64,000 bases of DNA, taken from assembly GCF_030684315.1 (NCBI RefSeq), contig NC_081369.1, forward strand, positions 10,206,035 through 10,270,034. Reading direction: 5' to 3'. Positions 24,870-35,999 of the stretch are shown in pieces. The position numbers and the translations under genes were made by a program. Below the pieces are notes generated by a model. The model had not been told where the DNA came from. It saw only the letters and a list, made by a program, of their open reading frames with translations, and ran no database searches. Source of the DNA: Stegostoma tigrinum. Lineage: Eukaryota. Within the stretch, counting starts at the first letter, position 1. Every line of letters starts with the position of its first letter.

Positions 24870-26090
24870 TTTTTTTTAATTTTTATAGGTGTGCAAACAA
24901 CATTTTTTTACCTGCCACCACCAGGAAAAAACACAAATGTGACGAAAGCACCAAGATCAAGCAGAGCCCCAAGGGGCAATGCCTGTGTGAGAGAAAAAAT
25001 AAAGTGATGGTGGGTGTAAATCAAAATGGAGCTTGTGTGGGGAAATAAGGCACTGCACAGTCCGCGGTGCCCACCTCTCCCGAAAGGCATCAAGAGCACG
25101 GGTGCGCACCACGTACTCCTTCACCAGAGTCACCCAGGCACGGACGCAGCCACAGAACAGGGACAGGCGGTTGGACATAACGACTACCTCCACATCCGGC
25201 TGCCTGGATCTATTAATGGCCAGCTTCGCCAGGGCTAGGAGCAAACCCACGAAAATTTCCTATGGCAGGCTTCGTCTCCCTCTGCAACTGATGCCCAAAG
25301 ATCAGGAGCGTGGGGCTGAAGTGCAGCCCAAAAACACAAAAGGAGGTCTTTCAGGTAATTCAAAAAGGTGTGGAAGCGCCCACATGCAACATATACATGA
25401 CCCACGGGCTCCACAGCGCAGAAAAACAGACAGTTGGTCCAGGAGTCCATGAACCAACACAACCTGCGTTTTACACGGGACCGCTGCATGCAACACCTTC
25501 CACCACCGATCCCCGAGGGAAAGAGGAAGGACGCCTGCGTAGAGGGCCTTCCAATGGGGATCCCCGCCGCCCGGTGACAAATGAGCATTGCAAGGCGTTT
25601 CCGGGTGTGGGATGAAGGAGAAGAGGTGGATGGTGTGCATCAGCTGTCTGTGCACGGTTTGCCGTTTCACATCTTCTTAGGATACAAATGTGAAATTCCG
25701 GAAGTGGCTCATGTTGTGGGGCACAGGCTCCCGGGGGAGGTACGGGATTCTTGGGCCAGCATGAAATTCCATCTGAGGAGCGGTACCCACAGATGGGATC
25801 TAAACGCACACTTGAGAGTCCACCAACTGGTGCACAATGGAAGAGTCCGAGCACCGCCGTTTTAAGGCATTGAATGACGGCCGCGAATCGGATGTCCACC
25901 ACAGTTCTGCATGCCAATCCCTGTGGCAGCATCCAGCCCAGATCCCTGCCACCTAGCACATCCCCGACGCTTGTCACTCCCGCAGCCACGGCCCTCCCCT
26001 CCAACAGACAATCGACCTGGCGACCACGAAGGTGCTAATTCCTTAGCAGTGGCACTCCTACCGGTGGTAGGCGCGATGTGACTCAACCAT
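24870..26090 (-). mobile_element. Tx1/L1-clade LINE, 3' part
   Basis: ORF2 C-terminal-like peptides GLLLALAKLAINRSRQ and ALDAFRERWAP, a Cys/His region, and a T-rich (polyA) end near 24870. Confidence 0.7.
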
Positions 26091-29000
26091 GATCCAGACA
26101 GTGATCAAATCATAAGACCAGATGCAGGGGCAGAAACTAGATCTATCAGCCCATTGAGTCTGCTCCGCCATTGAATCATGGCTGATAAGTTTCTCAACCC
26201 CATTCACCCGCTGTCTCCCAGTAATCCTTGATCCCCTTAACAACCAAACCACCTATTTATCTCCATATAATTATGCTCAATGACCTGGCATCCACACCCT
26301 CTGTGGCAGTCATTTCCATGGATTCACCCCCGTCTGACTAAAGAAGTTTCTCCTTATCTCGGTTCTAAAATACTTTAAAGCTGTGCCATCAGGTCCTCAT
26401 CTCTCCTACCAATGGAAACATTTTCCCAACATTCATTCACTGTTCTGTAACATTAACTTAGATCCCCCCTCATCCTTCTAAATTCCATTGAGTATAGACC
26501 CAGAGTCCTCAAACGCTCCCCATATGTTAAGTTGTTCATTCCTGGCACCATTCTCACGAACCTCCTCTGAACATGTTCCAGGGCCAGGACATCTTTCCTG
26601 TGATATAGAACCCAAATCTGCGCATAATACTCCAAATGTGGTATGGCCAGATCCTTTTGGAGCCTCAGAATTACATCCGTGCTTTATATTCAAATCCTCT
26701 CAAAATAAATACCAAAGTTCTATTTGGCTTCCTAACTACTGATTCAACCTACAAATGTATCTGAAGAGAATCCTGGATAAGAACTCCCAAGTGTCTTTGC
26801 ACTTCAGACTTGTGAATTTTCTCCCCATTTAGAAAATATTCTATTCCTCTCCTTACCAAAGTGCATGAGCTCACAATTTTCCACATTGTACTCTATCTGC
26901 CATTTCTTTGCCCATTCTCCTAACCTGCCCAAATCTTTCTTCAGCCTCCCTGCCACCCCAACACTACCTGTCTCTTTACCTATATTTGTGTCATCTGCAA
27001 ACTTAACCAGAATGCCCTCAGTTCCTTCATATAGATCATTAATGTATAAAGTGAAAAGTTGTGGTCCCAACACTGGCCCTTATGGAACACCACTTGTCAC
27101 CAGATGCCATTCTAAGAAAGACCCTTTTAACCCCATTCTCTGCTTTCTGCCAGACAGCCAATCTTCTATTCATGCTAATACCTTGCTTCGAACACCATGG
27201 GCCCTTATCTTACTCAGCAGCCTCCTGTGCAGCACCTTGTCAAAGCACTTCTTGAAGTCCAGATAGTTGACATCTTTTGGCTGTCCTTGGTCTAATCTGC
27301 TCGTTATTTCCACAAAGAATTCTAACAGATTTTTCAGGCATGACCTCCCCTTGACAAAACTGTCCTGACTTTGTCCTATTTTACCAAGCACTTGCAAGTA
27401 TTCAGAAATCTCATCCTTCACAATAGGCTGTATAATCTAACCCACAACAGAGGTTACGTTAATCAGCCTGTAATTTTTAGCCTTTTTCCTGAGTCCCTTT
27501 TTAAACAGGAGTGTCACAGTGATTTTCCAGTCCTCTTGGGATCATCCCTGACCCTAGCGATTCCCAAAAGATCACTCCTAATGATGATGCACTACCTCTT
27601 CAGCTATCTCCTCAAGAACTCTGGGGTGTAGTGCATCTGGTCCTGGTTATTTACTTATCCTCAGGCCATTCAGTTTTTCACACACCTTGTTCTGGGTGAT
27701 GGCCACCATTCTCAGCTCTATTCCATGAATCTCTCAAATTTTTTGGAGATTACTCCTGTCTTCCACTGTGAGCAGAGACTTGGCTGCAAGGGGATCAGAA
27801 TTGGGAGCTGAATATCAAAGGATGTACATCTTATTGAAAACATAGGCAGGCAGGTGGTGGTGTTGCCTTATTAGCAGAAATGAAAGTAAATCAATCTTAA
27901 GAAATGAAGTAGGGTCAGATGGCATAGAATCTATGTGGGTAGAGTTGACGAATCACAGGTGTAAAAAGAAATCACGGTAGGAATTATGTATAGGCCTACA
28001 AACAGTCATCAGTATTTTGCAGTAATTATTCAATTCCTCAGCCATTTCCTTATTCCTCACTACTTTCTCCCCAGCGCCATTTTCCAGCCGCCCAATGTCC
28101 ACTTTTGCCTCTCTTTTGCTCTTTATATATTTAAAGAAACTCTTACAGCCCCCCTTCATATTATTGGTAGCTTACTCTCATGTTTAAATTTCTCCCTCCT
28201 TATTTCTTTTTTTGTTGACTTCTATTGATCTTTGGAGGCTTCCCATTTCTCTGGTCTCCCATTGCCCCTTGCCACATTATTTCCTTTCTCGCTTGCTTTA
28301 TGCTATTCTGACTTCCCTAGTCAACCATGTTTGCCTCTTCATCTGTGAACCATGCTTCTTTTGCTTAGGGGTGATTATTTTGCTGTATCCTCTGAATTAC
28401 TCCTAGAAACTCCTGACATTGCCATTCCACTGTCTTTACTGCTGGGGTCTTCTCCCAGATAATTCTGCCCAGCTCCTCCCTCATGACTCTGTAGTTGCCT
28501 TTATTTGGCTGTAATACCATTATCTCTGATTCTATCTTCTCTCTCTCAAACTTCAGACTAAGTTCAATCATATTGTGATCACTAAGGCTTCCTTCACCTT
28601 AGGCACATTGAAATCCTGCATGATCAGCATAACTTTGATTTTTGTTACATACCTTCTCCATCTCCTTGTGTATTTTGTGCTTCAACTCCTGACTACAGTT
28701 TGGATGCCTGAAGATAATTCCAGCAATGATTTTTATTTGCCTCTGTGGTTCATCAACAGTACCCACACAGATTCTACACCATCCAACCCTACTTCATTTC
28801 TTGCGATTGATTTAATTTCATTTCTGATGAATAAGCCAACTCCATTCTCTCTGCCCACCTGTCTATCTTTTCAAAAAGATGTATATTCTTTGACATTCAG
28901 CTCCCAATCCCGACCCCCTTGCAGCCATATCTCTGTCATGCCCACCACGTAATATCGATCAGCACTGCAAGCTCATTTACCTTATTTCTTACATTGTTTG

Positions 29001-29989
29001 CATTCAGGTATAACACCTTCAGTCCTGTATTAACTGTCCCACTTTTCATTGTTACTCATTTAACCAGTGTGCTTGAAGTTTGATTTCTAACCCCTTACAA
29101 ACATTCTGTCCTATTTGTGTCTATGTTGGAGACTTCAATAACCTCTCCTAAGTTTTCCTTTCCCGTCATTTTTATTTTTCATATTTTTCCACGCAGTGGA
29201 ATCTACCCCTGCAGATGTTAGTCTGCTGCTTTGTTCCCCACTGGGACAAGTTTTATCCTTCCCTTCCCTTCACACCCCACTTTCTAGTTTAATGTCCCAT
29301 TGACCAGTCTATTTACCCTTTTCGCTAGAACATTGGTCTCAGCTTGGCTCAGGTGAAGACCATCCCAGCGGTACAGATCCCTCATGTTCCAAAACTGATG
29401 CCAGTGCCACATGAAAAGGAACCCCTCTTTCCTGCACCACACTTTTACCCACGTGTTTATTTCCCATATTCTCGGGTCCCCATGGCAATTTGCACATGGC
29501 TCTGGCAGTAAGTCAGAGACTATAACCTTGAGGGCCTGTTCTTTAATTTCATGTATAGCTCCTGATTCGCAGTGAACAGGACCTCTTTCCTAATCTTGCC
29601 TATGCTGTTTGTTTGGTGTAGACCACAACAACTGGATCCTCTCCCTTCTTCTCCAATATCCTTTCAAGGTGGTCATAGATATCCCTTACCCTGGCAATGG
29701 GCAAGCAACACACCATACAGGACTGTTGAGCCTGCTTACAAAGTATACTATTTATTCCCCTGACTATAGATTCCCCTACAACTACCACTTGTATTTTTGC
29801 TACCCCCCATGCATGGCATCCTGAGCCACGTTGCAGTGGTCAGATGGGTCATCCTCCCTGCAGCCCTTTGCCTCATCCACAATGGGAACAAATAGCTCAC
29901 ACCTGGTGGACAAGGTCAAGAGCTGAGGCTTCTTTGTTCCTGAATGCAGGATCAGTCTACCTGCTTCACTTGCAGTCATACCCTGCTGT

Positions 29990-30477
29990 GGATGTGAGTT
30001 TGCTCGCTGAGCTGGAAGGTTAGTTTTCAGACGTTTCATCACCATTCTACGTAACATCATCAGTGAGCCTCCGACGAAACGCTGGTGTTATGTCACTATC
30101 ACTCGTATCCTTACATACAGATGAGGAAGGACACCACTTTGATTGGGACAACACATCCATCCTAGGACAAGCCAAACAGAGACACGCACGAGAATTCCTA
30201 GAAGCATGACATTCCAACCGGAACTCCATCAACAAACACATTGATTTGGAGCCCATCTACCATCCTCTGAGAAAAAGAACAGGAAATGACATCACCAACC
30301 CAAGGAAACCTAAACATATAAATAGAAAGCGGGATATAACACCAGCGCTTCGTCGGAGGCTCACTGATGATGTTACCTAGAATGGTGACGAAACGTCTGA
30401 AAACTAACCTTCCAGCTCAGTGAGCAAACTCACATCTAGAACCTCAACCTGAGCTACAAATCTTCTCTAAACTCGCT
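29990..30477 (+). mobile_element. Young 5'-truncated PLE with inverted terminal copy and 12-bp flanking duplication, inserted in CR1 ORF1
   Basis: ataccctgctgt at 29978-29989 and 30478-30489. GIY-YIG C-terminal-like peptide HTDEEGHHFDWDNTSILGQAKQRHAREFLEA. Terminal segments are inverted copies. Confidence 0.85.
30361..30400 (+). ncRNA. Minimal hammerhead ribozyme motif (PLE-type)
   Basis: tca-CTGATGA-t-GTTACC-tagaat-GGTGAC-GAAAC-GTC-tga: intact core, 6-bp stem II, 3-bp stem I, palindromic ACGT helix III. Confidence 0.75.
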
Positions 30478-30839
30478 ATACCCTGCTGTCCTTGACCACT
30501 GACCAAATTTGAAGCTCTTAATCTACCAGGTGTGACTGCCTCCTGAAACATAGCGCCCAGTTACTTCTCCCCCTCCCATATATGTCACAGTATTTGAAGC
30601 TCAGGTTCCAGCTCATCAACACTGAGCTGAAGTTCCTCGAACAGCCAACATTTGTTGCAAATATGGCCACCATTGTTCACAATGGGATCAGCCAGCTCCC
30701 ACATCATACAGCGACAACACGTCACCTGCCAGCCATTTCCAGTTTGTTAATTACTTTATTGAATTCATTAAATTTATTGATACTTCTTGGCTGTGTTCTT
30801 TTCCAAATTTAGTGCAAATTCAGATACTGGTAAAAGACA

Positions 30840-31910
30840 TGCAGCATCCTGAGAGTGACCTCCAAACCAGCACAGTTGATAAATAAGAACTGTGTGTTGT
30901 AGTTGAGGTTACACACCCAGCAGAAAAAATATGTTGCCAGGGCACAACCCCTAGGAGGACGCTCAATACAAAGGTAAGGCTGTAAGGTCTGAAGGCAAAA
31001 AAATCACCATCTAGGTGTGGAAGCTCACCAACAACTGACTGCCCTGCTCAGTAGGCATATTCAGAACATGTGCTGCAACCCCGTGTATCTTTTTGTCCTA
31101 GGAGAAGTGGACCAACGTTCTCTGGATGTCAGCAACAAAACCAGGAAAATGGACCAAAGGGACAAGACAGTACCACAACATAGAGGCCACCAGCTGGTTT
31201 ATGACTACCACTCCGAACAGCCCTGTCCAGCGGCCTAGACAAGATGAGACTTTGACCTCCAGCTCCTGCTAATTCGCCAGTCAGGGTTCCACGGCCCAGC
31301 TAAGGTGGATCCCCAGACAGAAGAAATGGATGGCGCTCCAGCTGAACCCCATAGATCCTCCGGCAGAGAGCCCACCCACCATGGACCAACCAGGAGTCTG
31401 GAACATTTAGCCCAGTTAATCCCCGCAGGAGACCAGCCACTGAAAGCACCACCTGGCACTCGCTCATCCTCCCCAGTTCAAATGGGTCAGTGAGAGTGAG
31501 GAGCACATCAACAGTGTAAACCAAAAGGACCATGTCGGTAACCAGCCGGTGCAGAACCAGTCCCAACAACCACCTCGGCAAGAGGCACAGGAAAGGCTCC
31601 ACGCACAGGGAACACTAGTGGCTGGACAAAGGGCAGAGCCTGACTCACACCTCTCTTGAAGCAAAGGATTTGCTTCATTGCCTGAATCCGACCTTGGTAT
31701 ACCACCGCAGAGTACCTGGTTAAAGATAAAGGGCCCCTGTTTTTGAGACAACGTGGGTCACCCTTCTTTGGCAGCAGCACGATGACTGTCCTGGAAAGGG
31801 ACAGCTGTCCGGCCTTAATGCAGTCTGCCAGGACCCACACGTAGTCACCCTACAGGACATCCCAGAATGCCCTGAAGAACACCACACTCAGCCCGTACAG
31901 CCTGGGGACT
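30840..31910 (-). mobile_element. Tx1/L1-clade LINE, RT part, separated from 24870-26090 by the CR1 insertion
   Basis: PGLYGLSVVFFRAFWDVL and TVIVLLPKKGDPRCLKNRGPLSL resemble RT domain 0/1 motifs. Confidence 0.7.
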
Positions 31911-32799
31911 TGGCCTTCACACCTGTTTATATTGGTCAGCCAGGGCTCCTTTATTGGAACAGGTTAACAATGCCAAACAAAGATCACAGTCAATATGATC
32001 CACCTAGTTCCAATCACTACGCCAACCCATTTCACCTTATTACTAGACTTTATCTTGAAAGTAATTTCACAATGCAAACAGGACTGTCAATTCACTGTAC
32101 CATGAGAGAAAGGGTCTACCCTGTTGTGAGTAGCACCAAGGCAACATTTGGGAAGATAATGTACTCCTCACTGAACTGTAACCCTTGGTAATGCAGATCA
32201 CCCTTGTAGCCTGTACACTCAGTAAATTATTCCCATAAACATTCATATTAGATAAAGCAGAGGTCATCCAAACAGTCCCTCCAGGCTCTGCATCATTCAA
32301 TAAGGTTATGGCTGATCACTTAGTGTTTCGAATTTCATGTTTGAAAATATCCCCATTTCATTCCTCTTGTCTAACAAGAATCTCAGTACTCCTGCTTTAA
32401 AAATATTCAAACATCATCTTCTGGATCAGAGTTCCAAACTGGCACTATTTTCTTAGTCAAAAGAAACCCTCCTCATCTATGTCCCTAAAGTGCAAACTCG
32501 AATTGCTGGACCGTATCAAATGGTTCTGGATGCACCCAAAAGAGAAAATATTCTTTCTATGTCCACCTTGTCAAAATGGTTCAGCATCTGACACACTGCA
32601 ATCAAGTGACCCCCCACTCTTCCAAAATCCAATGGAAAGAAGCACAGTCTATATAACTTATCTTCATAACACAACCCATTCATTACGAGTGTCAATCGAG
32701 TAAAACTCCTCAGACCGGCTCCAACATAGTAATTTATTTGTTGTTATATTTGTGTTTTTACAATTTACAATCAATATAATGTTCTTTTCTTTCCTTTAG

Positions 32800-32852
32800 G
32801 CGTTAGAAGATATTCTGCAAAAGTGGATGAAGCTCAATACCTGGTAAAGTGA
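32800..32852 (+). CDS. Gene A short cytoplasmic, probably terminal, exon GVRRYSAKVDEAQYLVK*
   Basis: Acceptor ttcttttctttcctttAG has the same context as the gene B exon at 56570, phase 1. Homologous to B GISAEVNQAEKA. Possible donor GTAAAG after 32843, or read-through to TGA at 32850-32852. Confidence 0.72.
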
Positions 32853-33210
32853 CAATATGTTTTTCATTGAAGACAGTTAAATGAATATTGCAATCAACAG
32901 AAAGGTTTTATTAAATCATAGGCTAAAGGAGACTATTACTTCTGTGTAGGTCTTTGAAAATAACTATTCAATCAGCTCAATTCCTCACTCGATTTTCCCT
33001 AACCCTGTACTTTTTGCACTTATAAGATAATCTCGCCTTCCTTTGTGTTTTAAAATAATTTATATTGACTCTCCTTCCGCCAGATACTCAAGAAGAGTAT
33101 TTTAAAGTATAGCAACGGTTTCCACAAAATAAATCCTCATATTCCCATGATTATTCTGTCAGTTATTATAAATATAACCCTCTGGGTGCTCAACGATCCA
33201 CAATTGAAAA

Positions 33211-33842
33211 TGTTGTGAGATGTTACTGGGATAACATCCCATTCTCTGTAAATTAATGCTCTTTATCTGCTCACACAGAGGTACGTAGACATTGCCTTAA
33301 AACCTCCTGCCTCAATAGAATTAGGTATAAACTTTGAAGTCTTTATCTTCCTGCACAGAGCTATGTGGAAACTGTCTCAAATAAGATTAGGTGGGCAGCG
33401 TTTGCAAAGGTTTGAGACTTCTGAGATCCTGTAAAGAATGTAACTTCTGTTTCTGCTAAAGGGGCCAGAGCACTGACTTTTGTTCACGCCAGACACTTCG
33501 GCAGCTTGAAATTGCCTCCTGCCGTTAGCAATCACTTCACAAACAATCAATACTGTATCCTGCTCTCTTTATGTTTTCAGTTTAGTAATTGTTTTTGTAT
33601 CATGCCATTGTGAGATGTAAAATCGCTTGATGTGTTATGCACTCGATAAGGCATAAAAAGCGGGGACTCTCCGCTGCTCAGAGAGAATCGCTTACGAGAC
33701 TCTGCATCCTGTGTCGGGTTGAGTACAGTGATCCTCCACAGCTTGTACTTGCTTTGTAATAAAGGATTTGCGTTTTTTCTGAACAGGTCAGTGTCTTGTC
33801 ATTGTCTCAAGTCCGTGAAGCTCTCCGAAAATGAACCCAACA
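33211..33842 (+). mobile_element. Solo LTR-like element
   Basis: TGTTG...CAACA termini, TATA-like gcataaaaag and AATAAA. Second copy at about 44848-45708. Confidence 0.65.
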
Positions 33843-35706
33843 ATAGTGTACTAATTAACTTTGAAATAACTGCGCAGAGGCTGGTATCCCGTCACCAAGG
33901 CCCGCTTGGTTTAAATGTGCACAGTACACTGGCTGTGGTCATGAGCACAAAGTCAGTCCTGGTTCCAAACACTATGCCAACCTGTTTCGTGTTATTCACA
34001 GACCTATCCCCAAAGTAATTTTGCAATGCAAACTGGACTGCCAATTCACTGTCCCAAAAGAGAAAAGGTCTACTCTTTTGAGAATAGCATCAAGGCGCGA
34101 TTTGAGAAGACAATACACACTCCGCATAGAGCTGTAACTCGTCGTATTTTTCCCCCTTTATTCATTCATGGGTTGATGGCGTTGCTGGCTAGGCAGCATG
34201 CACTGCCCATCCCTAATGGCCTAGAGGGCAATTAAGAATCAACCACATTGTTGTGAGAGATAATGGAAACTGCAGATGCTGGAGAATCCGAGATAACAAA
34301 GTGTGGAGCTGGATGAACACAGCAGGCCAAGCAGCATCTTAGATTGTTGTGAGTCTGGAGTCACATCTCGCCTAGATGGCAGTTTCCTTCCCTAAAGGAT
34401 TTCCCTCCCCCCACACCCGAACCACTCGGCAATGAATTCTCGGTCATCATTAGACTCTTAATTCCAGACGTGTATTCAATTCAAATTCCAACATCTGCCG
34501 CGGCAGGATTTGAACCCAGGTCCCCAGACCGTTAACTGGGCCAGTGGATTAACAGCCCACTGAAAATACCATTAGGCCATCTCATCCACCTCATACAGGC
34601 CACACGCGACTAAATGAGACTATTACGGCTATGTTGCCCTTTGAAACTAACTATGCAATCAGCTTAGTTCCTCACTCTTTCTCCCTAGCCCTGTTTTTGC
34701 ATTTAGAAGGTAATCTCTCCTTCCTGAGATCATGGGAACTGCAGATGCTGGAGAATCCAAGATAACAAAGTATGGAGCTGGATGAACACAGCAGGCCAAG
34801 CAGCATCTTAGGAGCACAAAAGCTGACGTTTGGGGCCTAGACCCTTTTCGCTTTTAAAAAAAATTCTATTGACTCTCCTGCCAGGTACTCAAGAAGTGCA
34901 TTTTAACGTCGAGCAGCGGTTTCCACAAATAAATCCTCGTATTCTCCTGATTATCCTGTCAGAAATGGTAATGTACCCTCTGGATACTGATCGATCCACA
35001 ACTGAAAATATACTTTGTTTATGTACTTTATTGAAACTCCCCATAATTGCGAACAACTTTACGAAAGCATCCCTCGTCTTTCACTGCCCTGCAAAAAACA
35101 ATCATAAATTGCCTGGCCTATCCAGGGTAACTGAAGCTCCTTATCTCGGATACCATTCTCATTAATCTCCGCTGCTTGCCCTTCTGACTGTTATATACTT
35201 CCTGTATGCAGATTCTAAAAGAGGTAAACGCAAGACACACTGCCTTATCCTGCCCATAGTTTGAAAAAATCAAATCAAAACCAAATTGCTTTTGTAATTA
35301 ACTAGGACCTGCTCTCTGGCAGATAAATTAAACACGAGAGGAGAATTCTGATTCTGAGCCTTTATAATTCAAACGGATTTTTAAAATAGGCAATTCGCAG
35401 GCGATAAAATTGCTAAATTGAAGCAAAGGCAGAAGTCGGTGGAAAAGCTCAGCATCTGTGAGGAGAAATCAGAGTTAACGTTTCAGGTCCAGTGACCTTC
35501 GTCAGAACGGCCAAGTTGAAGCACTTGTACAGCACAACCTGCAAAATTATGATTCACCTTTGCCAGCTTACGCTGGGAACTTCAAATGCTGTTCCTCCCA
35601 AGTTCCAATGTTAAGGTTATGACTCTTGGCTTAACAGGAATCTGAAGTGGAAGAGGAGAATCGAGTTTTCACGAGAACCAATGACGTAGGTTCAACATAG
35701 AATGAT

Positions 35707-35908
35707 AGAGATAATGGGAACTGCAGATGCTGGAGAATCCAAGATAATAAAATGTGAGGCTGGATGAACACAGCAGGCCAAGCAGCATCTCAGGAGCACA
35801 AAAGCTGACGTTTCGTCTGATGAAGGGTCTAGGCCCGAAACGTCAGCTTTTGTGCTCCTGAAATGCTGCTTGGCCTGCTGTGTTCATCCAGCCTCACATT
35901 TTATTATC
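35707..35908. mobile_element. Palindromic PLE terminal-repeat insertion with 14-bp flanking duplication
   Basis: caacatagaatgat at 35693-35706 and 35909-35922. Arms 35743-35815 / 35836-35908. Confidence 0.88.
35817..35844 (+). ncRNA. Minimal hammerhead ribozyme motif (PLE-type)
   Basis: CTGATGA-a-GGGT-ctag-GCCC-GAAAC-GTC. Confidence 0.7.
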
Positions 35909-35999
35909 CAACATAGAATGATGTTCCGTTGAGAGAGTTTTAGAAGCAAACGTCCAAATTAAAAGTGGAGAAAGTATAAAGTAATCACCTCTGGATTGT

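Larger units (their letters stand above)
26100..30730 (-). mobile_element. Near full-length decayed CR1 (HER1-like) LINE
   Basis: RT motifs LGPQLFTLYINDL, KFADDT and YLDFKKCFDKVLH. APE remnants at 28365-28950. SGNH-esterase-type ORF1 (VVVGESIVRG..VCCLP.ARVRD) at about 29600-29790. Confidence 0.88.

Noticed and set aside
32800-32852. Two Tyr in the gene A tail as an ITAM
   Set aside because: YSAK and YLVK lack the YxxL/I consensus.
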